Of a stretch of DNA of 32,000 nucleotides, positions 8,891 through 17,428 are shown piece by piece. The stretch is from Bellilinea caldifistulae (GTDB taxonomy: Bacteria; Chloroflexota; Anaerolineae; Anaerolineales; Anaerolineaceae). Positions within the stretch are counted from its first letter, which is position 1; each line of letters starts with the position of its first letter. The stretch lies in the NCBI RefSeq assembly GCF_001306055.1, contig NZ_LGHJ01000013.1:120001-152000 (forward strand), in the 5' to 3' direction. The notes beneath the pieces were generated by a model, which saw nothing but the letters and a program-made list of their open reading frames with translations, was not told where the DNA came from and made no database searches. The position numbers were made by a program, and so were the translations under genes.

Positions 8891-9409
8891 TCAGGAAGAA
8901 GCCCGCGCCACGGCGGTCAACAGCAATACCACCACCGATAAAACCCCATTCAGAAGCAACAGGCGGTCTTCCTGTTTTTGTAAGCCCATCAATTTATCCG
9001 AAGGCAACTCCTTACCTGCAGCGCGCATCAAGGCCAGCCGGCGTAAAGCCGGTGTCAATCCCCAGGTGTTATAAGCACTGACCGCAACCATCAAAGCCAC
9101 CACTCCGTGTTTGGCAAGGATCGCCACCGACCAGCTGTTTTCAATCGCTAAAAATCCCTCATAGGCCGGATGAGCGCTCATCTGAAACATCCCCGTCCCG
9201 GTCAACACCACCAGACTGAACCAGCCAATCTGTTGAAGACGGTTCTGCACTTTTTCCAGAAAGAGGGTGTAATCACTGGCATTCAGCATCCTTCTGGCAT
9301 TGGGAATCACCAGAATCCCCAGCGCTGCCAAACCGCCCAGCCATGTCACCGTTGCCAGCATGTGCAGCCAGTATGCCAGTGCCAATCCCCAATCGGGTAG
9401 ATTCTCCAT
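8891..9409 (-). CDS. CopD-family-like small integral membrane protein
   Basis: 172 aa with about 4 TM segments. The HMLATVTWLGG motif resembles the CopD/YcnJ-type membrane domain. Confidence 0.45.
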   Translation of the reverse strand: MENLPDWGLALAYWLHMLATVTWLGGLAALGILVIPNARRMLNASDYTLFLEKVQNRLQQIGWFSLVVLTGTGMFQMSAHPAYEGFLAIENSWSVAILAKHGVVALMVAVSAYNTWGLTPALRRLALMRAAGKELPSDKLMGLQKQEDRLLLLNGVLSVVVLLLTAVARASS

Positions 9410-9417
9410 AGAACCTG

Positions 9418-10506
9418 CTATCCTCCTGAGGGCGTTTCCGTGGGGGTTTCCAGCGGGGGTTCGCCCCCATCAGGGGGGGTTGGAGTTAGGTCTTCCGGCG
9501 GTAAGGTTTCTTCCGGTTCTTCTTGATTCGGCGGATTGGCACAGTATTCTGCTGCCTGAGCCGCCGCACTTTCGGCAGTTGGATCCGGGCGGATGGTCAA
9601 CGCATTGCGGTATTGAAGCTCGGCATCGCAGTACAAACCTTGCGTCATCAACTGATCGCCATAACGAATGGAAGCCACTCGATAGCGCTCCACCGCGGTC
9701 ATTCCCGAAGCATCCCTTAAATTCGGCAGTGATGGGTAAATATCGGCAAAATATCGCACAACTCTCGCCCAATCCGCCCCCCAGAAACTGGCTGCTGAGA
9801 GGTACATGCGCGCCCAATTTCGATAATTCTGGGCTTCCACATCCAGCGGAGCAAATCTTTCCGCCAGCGTCAGGTTGTAAATCCCCACTTCCAACTCCCC
9901 GCGGCTGACGTTCTCAATCCCCAAAAAACGCAAGGCAATGTAGTACATCCCGTCCACATCCACCGAACGGTAGTTCACGTTCTTATCCCGCAACCGTTGT
10001 ATGGCCTCAATCGCCTGCCCCCATTCCTTGTTTGCCAGGTGCTGGGCAATTTGATTGAAAATTTCTTCCTCACCACGCAAATCAGGGGTGGGTTCCAACG
10101 TTGGGGTAGGCGCTGCGGTAGGTGTCAGAGCCAGAGAATACAGCATATTGGCTTCTACCAATTTCTCCGCCGCTGCCGGAAAATCCGGCTGAAGCGAGAT
10201 GACATATTCAAAGCGTTTGCGGGCGGTTTCATAGCGTCCGGATTCTAAATCAACCAGTCCCAGTTGAAACTGGTAGGTCGCTTCCATGATCACCTGACTT
10301 TGTTGAGCCTGTTTCCGCAACTCGATACCGGCGCGATATCCCAAAAACACACCGATTGCCGCCCCAGCCAACAGAAAAACAACTCCCACCAGAAAGACCC
10401 AGAAGGGTATTCTCTTACGCGGATTGGTTTCGGCTTGTTCTTCTACTTCTGCCCGACTATCGGCCGGCGAATGGATTTTGTCATTGATGGTAGCCTTGTC
10501 CGTCAT
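9418..10506 (-). CDS. membrane-anchored TPR-like repeat protein with an acidic/Pro-rich C-terminal tail
   Basis: One N-terminal TM helix (IPFWVFLVGVVFLLAGAAIGVFLGY), helical-repeat segments, and a C-terminal EEPEETLPPEDLTPTPPDGGEPP tail. Confidence 0.5.
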   Translation of the reverse strand: MTDKATINDKIHSPADSRAEVEEQAETNPRKRIPFWVFLVGVVFLLAGAAIGVFLGYRAGIELRKQAQQSQVIMEATYQFQLGLVDLESGRYETARKRFEYVISLQPDFPAAAEKLVEANMLYSLALTPTAAPTPTLEPTPDLRGEEEIFNQIAQHLANKEWGQAIEAIQRLRDKNVNYRSVDVDGMYYIALRFLGIENVSRGELEVGIYNLTLAERFAPLDVEAQNYRNWARMYLSAASFWGADWARVVRYFADIYPSLPNLRDASGMTAVERYRVASIRYGDQLMTQGLYCDAELQYRNALTIRPDPTAESAAAQAAEYCANPPNQEEPEETLPPEDLTPTPPDGGEPPLETPTETPSGG

Positions 10507-10513
10507 GAGGGCA

Positions 10514-10519
10514 ATTATA
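10514..10519 (-). promoter_or_regulatory. -10 box TATAAT placed 7 nt before the ATG (leaderless-type promoter)
   Basis: The minus strand reads TATAAT-TGCCCTC-ATG inside the 26-nt murJ/TPR intergenic gap. There is no SD sequence. Confidence 0.4.
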
Positions 10520-10532
10520 CCCTACCTCAACC

Positions 10533-12080
10533 TCATAATTTAAGGATCAAACGCAATTCAGGTAGAAGGATGGGGATGGCTGCCAGCCCTCCGCCGGCCA
10601 GGGAAATCAGGCTTTGAAGTAAGGGATTCCAGTCCGCCATGAGGGTCATTCCCAACCAGACCACTGCCCCGCCGGCTGTCGCTGCCAGTAAACCGCGCAG
10701 CAGGCTGCCCCCCACCTGAAGCGAACGCACCAGCCGCCGGTTGAGGATCAGCAAAAGGAGAACTGCCTCGGCGGTGAATGCAATCGAGTCGGTCAGGCTG
10801 ATGCCGGCCGCCCCCACCAACCGGTACAATTGACTGCCTACCAGCACATACACGGCAAAGGTAAAGCCGGCCCCCAATAAAGGAATCAGCGCATTTTGAC
10901 GGGCATAAAACGACCGCACCGCCACTTCCACCAGACTTTGCCCCACCAGCCCCGCCAGATAAGCCCGCGTGACCCAGGTCAGCAAATCCGTTCCGGCAGA
11001 ATCAAAATCAAACGCCAGTAACAGCAGGGGACGTAGTCCGAAAGATAAAATCACAGCCACCGGCAGGGTAATCGCAATCAACACCCGAACCGCTCGCTGA
11101 ACACTGGCGAAGAACTCCTCGCGTTCCTGACGTGCCACCTGTTCTGAAAGGGTGGGCAGCAGTGCCGTCCCAATCGTCGTACCAATTAACGTTTCCGGCA
11201 CTTGAAAGATCATCCACCCGTAGGTGAGTGCGGTAACCGCCCCTTCTTCCAATCGCGAAGCCAGATTATCGCGCACGATAAAAATCAACTGGATGAACAT
11301 CATGGTGATCAGGCGGGGCCCCATCAGGCGCAGCACTTTACGGACCGGCTCGGTTCGCAACCCCAGCCCGCTGTTCCAGCGGAACTGGTAGCGAATTAAA
11401 CCGGGAAGCTGTATCCCCAGGTGCAGCAGCGCGCCGAGGATCACGCCATACACCAGTCCGTGCACCCCCAGCCCAAAAGCCGGTAAGGTAATTCCCCCCA
11501 GCCGATAACCTTCCTGAGGCGAAAGCACCAGTGCGCCAAAAATTTGACCGAAGTTATACAACAGCGGTGCCATTGCCGGCAACAGAAAATGTTGATTGGC
11601 TTGCAAGCCCGCCATCACCAGGCCGCTGATGGAGAAGATGAGAGTGGCAATCAGATTCAGGCGCATCAGGTTGACCACCAGGTCTTGCTGGCCGCTTTCA
11701 AAGCCCGGCGCAATCCCCAATTCCCAGCGCACCATCGGATCCGCGAAGAGAGCGACCAGCACCGCCAATCCGGCAGTGACCAGAAACGCCAGATTGGCAA
11801 TTTTGGAGAAGAGATTCCAGGCTGCCTGCCTGCCCCCCTTAGTGATTTCTTCCGCCAGCACCGGGATGAAAGCCATTGCCAGCGCTCCGCCGGAAATCAA
11901 CGCAAACAGCAAATCCGGCAGGTTATTCGCGACATTGAACGAATCCAATTCCGCTGAAAGTCCGAACTGGCGGGCAATAATCACCTGCCGGATGAAGGCT
12001 ACTGCTTTATCCAGCGCAAAAAAGACCACCAATAAAAAGGTGATGCGGCTGACCCGCGAAAACCGGGTGGGCTTATCCAA
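10533..12080 (-). CDS. murJ: lipid II flippase MurJ
   Basis: 515-aa protein with about 14 TM segments and MurJ/MviN blocks ([24 protein letters not shown]). It has a TTG start that overlaps the upstream ZIP gene stop by 8 nt. Confidence 0.9.
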   Translation of the reverse strand: MDKPTRFSRVSRITFLLVVFFALDKAVAFIRQVIIARQFGLSAELDSFNVANNLPDLLFALISGGALAMAFIPVLAEEITKGGRQAAWNLFSKIANLAFLVTAGLAVLVALFADPMVRWELGIAPGFESGQQDLVVNLMRLNLIATLIFSISGLVMAGLQANQHFLLPAMAPLLYNFGQIFGALVLSPQEGYRLGGITLPAFGLGVHGLVYGVILGALLHLGIQLPGLIRYQFRWNSGLGLRTEPVRKVLRLMGPRLITMMFIQLIFIVRDNLASRLEEGAVTALTYGWMIFQVPETLIGTTIGTALLPTLSEQVARQEREEFFASVQRAVRVLIAITLPVAVILSFGLRPLLLLAFDFDSAGTDLLTWVTRAYLAGLVGQSLVEVAVRSFYARQNALIPLLGAGFTFAVYVLVGSQLYRLVGAAGISLTDSIAFTAEAVLLLLILNRRLVRSLQVGGSLLRGLLAATAGGAVVWLGMTLMADWNPLLQSLISLAGGGLAAIPILLPELRLILKL

Positions 12081-12885
12081 GGGCTACATCCAGCGCCATC
12101 ATCACAGCGAAACCAAGCATCAGCCCGATGGTAGCCATGTCCGAATGTTCACCGCGCTGAGCCTCCGGTATCAACTCCTCGACGCATACATAAATCATTG
12201 CCCCGGCAGCAAAGGCCAGCGCGTAGGGCAGAATCGGCTGGATGAAAAACACCGCCGCCGCTCCCAATACACCGGCTATCGGCTCAACCAGGCCGGAAGC
12301 CTGCCCCATTAAGAAACTTTTCCAGCGAGAAACACCCTCGCGCCGCAAAGGCGCAGATACTGCCAGACCTTCGGGAAAATTCTGCAGCCCAATTCCAATC
12401 GCCAGTGCAACTGCTCCGGCAATCGTTGCCTCGGGGATGCCGCTGGCTGCCGCCCCAAAGGCGACCCCCACTGCCAGACCTTCTGGAAAATTGTGCAACG
12501 TGATTGCCAGCACCAGCAGAACGCTGCGCTGCCATGAGGTCTTGATTCCCTCTGCCGCGCTGAGCGGCTCGCGAACGTGAAGATGTGGCAACAATCGGTC
12601 AACCAGATAAAGAAAAGCGCCACCAAATAGAAATCCAATTACGGCCGGGATCCAGCCGGGGATCCCTAAACCGGTGGACATCTCAATTGCCGGCGCCAGC
12701 AGTGACCAGAAACTGGCAGCAATCATCACCCCGCTGGCAAATCCCAGTAAGGTATCCAGCAACCGCCGGTTGACTTCTCGGGTTAAGAACACACCGGCTG
12801 CCCCCAGAGCGGTGACCCCCCAGGTGAAGAGCGTCGCAAACAATGCTTGAACAACAGGATTGAAATTCTCCAATGCGGTAATCAT
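12073..12885 (-). CDS. zupT: ZIP family divalent metal (zinc) transporter
   Basis: Duplicated [10 protein letters not shown] / [10 protein letters not shown] motifs, 8 TM segments, and a GAGAGG RBS. Confidence 0.85.
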   Translation of the reverse strand: MITALENFNPVVQALFATLFTWGVTALGAAGVFLTREVNRRLLDTLLGFASGVMIAASFWSLLAPAIEMSTGLGIPGWIPAVIGFLFGGAFLYLVDRLLPHLHVREPLSAAEGIKTSWQRSVLLVLAITLHNFPEGLAVGVAFGAAASGIPEATIAGAVALAIGIGLQNFPEGLAVSAPLRREGVSRWKSFLMGQASGLVEPIAGVLGAAAVFFIQPILPYALAFAAGAMIYVCVEELIPEAQRGEHSDMATIGLMLGFAVMMALDVALG

Positions 12886-12932
12886 TTACAACCTCTCGAA
12901 CGATGCTTCTTCTACACTTTGTGGATGTCAGC

Positions 12933-12949
12933 CATTCGTAATCAGAATG
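12933..12949. promoter_or_regulatory. candidate operator: inverted repeat CATTCGTAATCAGAATG
   Basis: CATTC/GAATG arms flank GTAATCA. Read as 7-1-7 (ATTCGTA-A-TCAGAAT), 5 of 7 positions are symmetric. It lies between the divergent ZIP transporter and rsmI starts and abuts both candidate -10 boxes. Confidence 0.25.
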
Positions 12950-12952
12950 CTT

Positions 12953-12958
12953 TATAAT
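12953..12958 (+). promoter_or_regulatory. -10 box TATAAT placed 7 nt before the ATG (leaderless-type promoter)
   Basis: TATAAT-CTCCAAC-ATG(12966), with no SD sequence. Confidence 0.4.
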
Positions 12959-12965
12959 CTCCAAC

Positions 12966-13634
12966 ATGAATATGGGTCAATTATACATGGTTGCAACCCC
13001 GATTGGAAACCCGGAAGACATCAGCCTGCGGGCTATTCGCATTCTGGGAGAAGTTGATGTGGTCATTTGCGAAGAACGCCGCCAGGGCAGTACCCTGCTT
13101 AAGAAACTGGGCATCACCCCCAAACAACTGATTTCCCTCAATGAACACAACGAAGCCGAACAAGCAGCCACTCTCGTACAGCGGATGGCACTGGGCGAAA
13201 AGATGGCGCTGATCAGCGATGCTGGCACCCCCGTATTTGCTGACCCCGGTGCAGAACTGATCCGCCAGGCGGTTAAAATGGGCATTCCCGTAACTGCAGT
13301 ACCGGGTGCTTCCTCGCTGATGGCCCTACTCAGCCTGCTGGATACAAAGGTCGAACGGTTTGTCTATGCTGGATTCTTATCGCGTTCTCCGCAGGAACGC
13401 CGTCAGGAATTGCAGCGCTTGCTGCGCCTGAATCTTCCCCTTGTCTTGATGGATACGCCCTACCGCCTGTCCAGTCTGCTGGAAGATATCGAAAAGACTG
13501 CCGGTAAAAATCGGCGGGTGACACTTGGTTTGAACCTGACCCTGCCGGGCGAGCAGGTTCTGCGCGGCACGGTGAGCGAAATCCGCCGCATGGTGCAGGA
13601 TCGCAAAGCCGAATTTATCCTGCTAATTCATTGA
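12966..13634 (+). CDS. rsmI: 16S rRNA (cytidine1402-2'-O)-methyltransferase RsmI-like (tetrapyrrole-methylase fold), short form
   Basis: LYMVATPIGNPEDISLRAIRILGEVDVVICEERR matches the RsmI N-terminal signature. DAGTPVFADPG and VPGASS blocks are present. At 222 aa it lacks the C-terminal extension of the E. coli enzyme. Confidence 0.75.
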   Translation: MNMGQLYMVATPIGNPEDISLRAIRILGEVDVVICEERRQGSTLLKKLGITPKQLISLNEHNEAEQAATLVQRMALGEKMALISDAGTPVFADPGAELIRQAVKMGIPVTAVPGASSLMALLSLLDTKVERFVYAGFLSRSPQERRQELQRLLRLNLPLVLMDTPYRLSSLLEDIEKTAGKNRRVTLGLNLTLPGEQVLRGTVSEIRRMVQDRKAEFILLIH

Positions 13635-13720
13635 CTTCGATCCCCTATCCAGCGCTAGCCGAGGGCCAGGAGCTTAGCGGGTTGCTTGGGTTTGAGTGGA
13701 AAATCCGGAAGCCACCCAAG

Positions 13721-14653
13721 TCATTCCCACAGGCCGCGGCGTTGGCGTTGATCCAGCCTGTTCAAGCCAAGTTGCCGGGCAATTGCAACTGCCTCCTGGT
13801 ATTCTTGTGAGGTAATCGGCCGGTTTAGACCGGGGTAGTTATGCGCCTGATAAGCCGGGTAATACTGATCCATCAGGTTGAGATAGACATTTTTGGAAAT
13901 TTCATCCGCCAGAAATCGCAGCACTTTTTCGGTACCGGCCAGTTGATTGGGCAACACCAGATGGCGTACCAGCAGCCCACGCCGGGCAATACCCTGTTCA
14001 TCCATTTGTAAATCTCCCACCTGACGCTGCATCTCACGCACCGCCGCACGGTTAACTTCAACATAACGCGGCACCCTCGAGAAGCGGCGGGCGATTTCAC
14101 TATCCCCGTATTTCATATCCGGCATATAAATATCCACTATCCCATCGAGTAATGCCAGCATATCCAGCGAATCATAACCGCCGCTGTTGTAAACCAGCGG
14201 TAGGCGCAAACCGGCCTGTGCCGCGATCAGCACGGCTGCAATGATCTGCGGCACAACATGCGTCGGAGAAACCAGATTGATGTTGTGGCAGCCGGCGGCT
14301 TGTAACCTGAGCATGATTTCCGCCAGCTCCTCTGGCTCAACCTCACGTCCATTTCCCACCTGACTGATTTCAAAATTCTGGCAGAAGACACACCTTAAAT
14401 TACAGCGGGCAAAGAAAATGGTGCCTGAACCAGCCCAGCCCCTCAGCGGCTGTTCTTCTCCCAAATGAGCGCCGAAACTGCTCACCTGAGCGCGGGCACC
14501 GGTCTTACACATTCCCCTCTCACCTGCCAGACGATTGACCCCGCATCTTAACGGGCACACATCGCAGGCTTGCAGGTGAGCATAGGCTTGTTCAATCCGC
14601 TGATGAGCCTCACCGCTTTCCAGAAGCCGACGGTAAACCGGTTCAATACTCAT
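13721..14653 (-). CDS. radical SAM protein, PflX-type (pyruvate formate-lyase activase homologue of unknown substrate)
   Basis: CNLRCVFCQN is the CxxxCxxC radical SAM motif. An additional N-terminal CxxCxxxC-x11-C cysteine cluster is present. A GAGGG RBS is present. Confidence 0.8.
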   Translation of the reverse strand: MSIEPVYRRLLESGEAHQRIEQAYAHLQACDVCPLRCGVNRLAGERGMCKTGARAQVSSFGAHLGEEQPLRGWAGSGTIFFARCNLRCVFCQNFEISQVGNGREVEPEELAEIMLRLQAAGCHNINLVSPTHVVPQIIAAVLIAAQAGLRLPLVYNSGGYDSLDMLALLDGIVDIYMPDMKYGDSEIARRFSRVPRYVEVNRAAVREMQRQVGDLQMDEQGIARRGLLVRHLVLPNQLAGTEKVLRFLADEISKNVYLNLMDQYYPAYQAHNYPGLNRPITSQEYQEAVAIARQLGLNRLDQRQRRGLWE

Positions 14654-14671
14654 CGTGCAACCCTCATTTCA

Positions 14672-14677
14672 ATTATA
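14672..14677 (-). promoter_or_regulatory. candidate -10 box TATAAT for the radical SAM gene (short SD-containing leader)
   Basis: The minus strand reads TATAAT, then 18 nt containing GAGGG, then the ATG at 14653. Confidence 0.35.
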
Positions 14678-14790
14678 AACAAAGCCGATTGATTCTGAGA
14701 TTCCCCTTCTTGGCTGTTGGGTGATTCCTTCTGGGGATTTTTGGAAGGTTATGATTTGATTAATCTCGATCTTCGGTAGCATTTCAGGTA

Positions 14791-14799
14791 TGTTATAAT
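14791..14799 (+). promoter_or_regulatory. extended -10 TGtTATAAT placed 6 nt before the ATG (leaderless-type promoter)
   Basis: TGTTATAAT at 14791-14799, spacer GATTGC, ATG at 14806, with no SD sequence. Confidence 0.5.
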
Positions 14800-14805
14800 G
14801 ATTGC

Positions 14806-15273
14806 ATGAGCGAGGAACCTCAACCCGCATCCGCTGAACCAACCAGTCAACCGTCAACTGCCGTTCCCGAATCAGCCCCATCAGAAAGATCCAGAGAGAA
14901 CCGACGGGCGGCTGGTATCATTGCAGCCGTCGTTGTAATTGTCTTGCTGATGATCGGCGGGATCGTCCTGCTGGCACTTTCACCCGAAAGTACCACCGCC
15001 AAGGTTCGGGATATTTTTATCATCATCATGGCGCTGGAATCACTGGTATTAGGAGTGGCGGTGATCGTGCTGATCATTCAAGTCGCCACGTTGATCAACT
15101 TGCTGCAAAATGAAATCAAGCCAATTCTGGATTCAACCAATGAGACAGTTAATCACCTGCGCGGCACGACCCAATTCCTCAGCAACAATCTGGTTGAACC
15201 CGTCTTGAAACTGAATGAGTATCTTGCCGGCTTGCGTAAACTTTTTGACTTCATCCGCCCGGACCGGCGGTGA
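14806..15273 (+). CDS. DUF948/YtxG-like membrane protein with a low-complexity N-terminal extension
   Basis: Two hydrophobic helices are followed by a helical segment ATLINLLQNEIKPILDSTNETVNHLRGTTQFL resembling DUF948. It lies immediately upstream of a YtxH-domain gene, as in the B. subtilis ytxGH operon. Confidence 0.5.
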   Translation: MSEEPQPASAEPTSQPSTAVPESAPSERSRENRRAAGIIAAVVVIVLLMIGGIVLLALSPESTTAKVRDIFIIIMALESLVLGVAVIVLIIQVATLINLLQNEIKPILDSTNETVNHLRGTTQFLSNNLVEPVLKLNEYLAGLRKLFDFIRPDRR

Positions 15274-15329
15274 ACCGGGTTGATGCGAAAACCCATCTAT
15301 TTAAAAAATGCCAAAGAAAGGAGATTGAG

Positions 15330-15695
15330 ATGTCTGAACGAGATGATTTTGGAGCCTTCCTGATCGGTTTTGTGATTGGAGGTTTGACCGGCGCCATTAC
15401 GGCTTTATTACTTGCCCCCCAATCCGGCGAAGAGACCCGTGAGGTGATCAAAGAGCGCGCCATTGAATTGCGCGACAAAGCCTCAGAAACGGTCAATACC
15501 ACCTATGCCGAAGCCGAAAAAGCAGCCAACGAGGCCTTGCGCCGCGCTGAAGAACTGCTGGAAAAAGCCAAAAAATCTGCTGAGGAACTGCAGCAAAAAG
15601 GCTCAACCTTACTTGAAGAACAAAAATCCAAACTGAGCAAAGCCGCCTCCAAGGCTGGCGATGCAGCCGAAGAAATCGGCGAAACCCTCTCTTAA
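15330..15695 (+). CDS. YtxH domain-containing protein
   Basis: FLIGFVIGGLTGAITALLLAPQSGEETRE is the YtxH signature, followed by a Lys/Glu/Ala-rich coiled tail. AAGGAG lies upstream of the ATG at 15330; the longer ORF from 15270 lacks an RBS. Confidence 0.75.
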   Translation: MSERDDFGAFLIGFVIGGLTGAITALLLAPQSGEETREVIKERAIELRDKASETVNTTYAEAEKAANEALRRAEELLEKAKKSAEELQQKGSTLLEEQKSKLSKAASKAGDAAEEIGETLS

Positions 15696-15711
15696 ATCAA
15701 CCAGATTTTTC

Positions 15712-15748
15712 AAAGCAGCCGGACAAAATCTTCCGGCTGCTTTTGATT
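15712..15748. terminator. bidirectional intrinsic terminator between the convergent ytxH-like and nnr genes
   Basis: Perfect 12-bp stem AAAGCAGCCGGA (15712-15723) / TCCGGCTGCTTT (15732-15743) with an 8-nt loop. The plus strand continues TTTTGATT. On the minus strand the stem is followed by TTTGAAAAAT. Confidence 0.7.
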
Positions 15749-17340
15749 CAACCCACTATCCACATCGGGTCATGTATGTATTTCCGCTGGTAAAGACGGG
15801 TCAACGCTTGAGGCACAGCTCGCAGAATATCGCCCGCCAGCACCGAAGCCGATTGTCCGATCAGTTGCTCAGCGATTAAACCGGCGGTTGCATGAACCCA
15901 CGCGGCAGTAATGGCCGCCGGGAATGGGGCAATCCCTTGAGCAAGAAGGCCTGCAATCAGACCGGTCAACACATCGCCGCTGCCTGCCCGTGCCAGTGCC
16001 GCAGAAGCCACCGGAATGTGATAAACCGTTCCATCGGGTGAGGCAACAACCGTAAATGCCCCCTTCAACACGACAACATGCCCCCATTGAGCAGCAAAAC
16101 GGCGCGCCGTACCGGGCCGGTCAGCCTGAATTTCAGAAGTCGAGAGGCCGGTTAGAGCACTCATCTCACCGGGATGGGGGGTTAAAACCGACGGCGATGG
16201 CAATTTTTTATGCCATTTCTCAATCTTCGTCAACAGCCGCAGCCCATCCGCATCCACCACCATGGGAGGCAGGTCAATTGCCAGGTTGAAAAACTCCTGT
16301 ACAAACCCGCCCACGGCAGGGGCAGTGCCAAAACCTGGCCCGATAAACAGAGCCGTCACCCGCTCAAGATGGGCAAGGATGATTTGAGCCGCCTGCGGCG
16401 CGATACTCCCCTGTTCTTCCGGAAGACTCAGCCAGGTAACCTCGCTCAATCGGCTTACCAGCGCATTGCGCACCGTCGGAATGACCGCCATCCTTACCAG
16501 ACCAGCCCCGCTGCGATAGGCCGCCTCGGCTGCCAGTCCGGCTGCGCCAATGTAGTCTTCACAACCGGCTACCCCCAGCACCGTGCCAAACGTTCCTTTG
16601 TGGGCGCTTGCAGGTCTTGCCGGCAGCCATTCACGCACCCCGGCCCCGCAGGCGACGAAATCGCGTACTTCTTGCAAGGCCGTCAGATCGGTCGGCAGCC
16701 CGAGGGGCACCACCGCCAACTGACCGGTCAACTCCGCTGCCGGGAACCGTAACAAACCGGCTTTGACAGCATCCATGCAAACTGTCAGGTGGGCGGGGAT
16801 GACCGCCGGAGAAGCCTCTCCGCTGTCGCAATCCACGCCGGAAGGGCAATCCACCGCCACAACGAACGGCAAGCCAACCAGATCGCGGATATGCGCCAAA
16901 ACACGTTCCACCTCTGCTTTGAGGGGCAACTGAATGCCGGTTCCCAGCACGCTGTCCAGCAAAACATCACTGGCTGAAAGCCACTCATCCAGCCTGACAA
17001 AACCCGGATCATGGGCAAATTCCCCTATCTCCACGCCGGCCTTTCTGACTCGCTGCAAGAGAGCATCCTCAGCCGGGCGCGGACGCACCAGATAAGCCCT
17101 TGCCTTCCAGCCGGCCTGCGCCAGTGCTTCCAGCGCCACCAATCCATCTCCGCCATTATTCCCTGAACCGATTAAACCCAGCACACTGAGGCGCGGGAAA
17201 GTGTGCGGTAAACGCATAACCACCTGAGCCACACCGCGTCCGGCACGCTCCATCATTTCGGCGTAAGAAACACCCCGTGCATCCCCCTCGCGTTCAATCG
17301 CCCGCATCTGATTAACGGTTACCAGTGGAATCGGTCTCAT
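15748..17340 (-). CDS. nnr: bifunctional NAD(P)H-hydrate repair enzyme Nnr (epimerase + ADP-dependent dehydratase)
   Basis: An N-terminal YjeF_N block (GSGNNGGDGLVALEAL) and a C-terminal carbohydrate-kinase block (GPGFG, AGSGDVLTG). The start is chosen at the ATG at 17340, 8 nt after AGGAGG; the ORF stays open to 17382. Confidence 0.85.
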   Translation of the reverse strand: MRPIPLVTVNQMRAIEREGDARGVSYAEMMERAGRGVAQVVMRLPHTFPRLSVLGLIGSGNNGGDGLVALEALAQAGWKARAYLVRPRPAEDALLQRVRKAGVEIGEFAHDPGFVRLDEWLSASDVLLDSVLGTGIQLPLKAEVERVLAHIRDLVGLPFVVAVDCPSGVDCDSGEASPAVIPAHLTVCMDAVKAGLLRFPAAELTGQLAVVPLGLPTDLTALQEVRDFVACGAGVREWLPARPASAHKGTFGTVLGVAGCEDYIGAAGLAAEAAYRSGAGLVRMAVIPTVRNALVSRLSEVTWLSLPEEQGSIAPQAAQIILAHLERVTALFIGPGFGTAPAVGGFVQEFFNLAIDLPPMVVDADGLRLLTKIEKWHKKLPSPSVLTPHPGEMSALTGLSTSEIQADRPGTARRFAAQWGHVVVLKGAFTVVASPDGTVYHIPVASAALARAGSGDVLTGLIAGLLAQGIAPFPAAITAAWVHATAGLIAEQLIGQSASVLAGDILRAVPQALTRLYQRKYIHDPMWIVG

Positions 17341-17362
17341 TTTCATCGCCTCCTGCCAATCA

Positions 17363-17368
17363 ATTATA
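17363..17368 (-). promoter_or_regulatory. candidate -10 box TATAAT for nnr
   Basis: The minus strand reads TTGACTATAAT-TGATTGGC-AGGAGG-N8-ATG. It lies back to back with the plus-strand -10 at 17416. Confidence 0.4.
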
Positions 17369-17415
17369 GTCAACTTCCCCATGGTTAAATCCGGGAGTAA
17401 TCCGCTACCTCACGG

Positions 17416-17421
17416 TATAAT
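17416..17421 (+). promoter_or_regulatory. -10 box TATAAT placed 7 nt before the ATG (leaderless-type promoter)
   Basis: TATAAT-CTACCAC-ATG(17429), with no SD sequence. Confidence 0.4.
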
Positions 17422-17428
17422 CTACCAC

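Noticed and set aside
11596-12312. 238-aa ORF on the plus strand
   Set aside because: It is antisense to murJ and the ZIP transporter, both of which have strong family motifs. The Arg/Ser/Ala-rich translation is typical of antisense frames in GC-rich membrane genes.
13653-13721. Hairpins between the convergent rsmI and radical SAM genes (CGCTAGC/GCTTAGCG and GCTTGGGT/ACCCAAGT)
   Set aside because: The stems are short, bulged or have loops longer than 20 nt, and lack U-tracts on either strand. They may contribute to termination but cannot be supported as intrinsic terminators.
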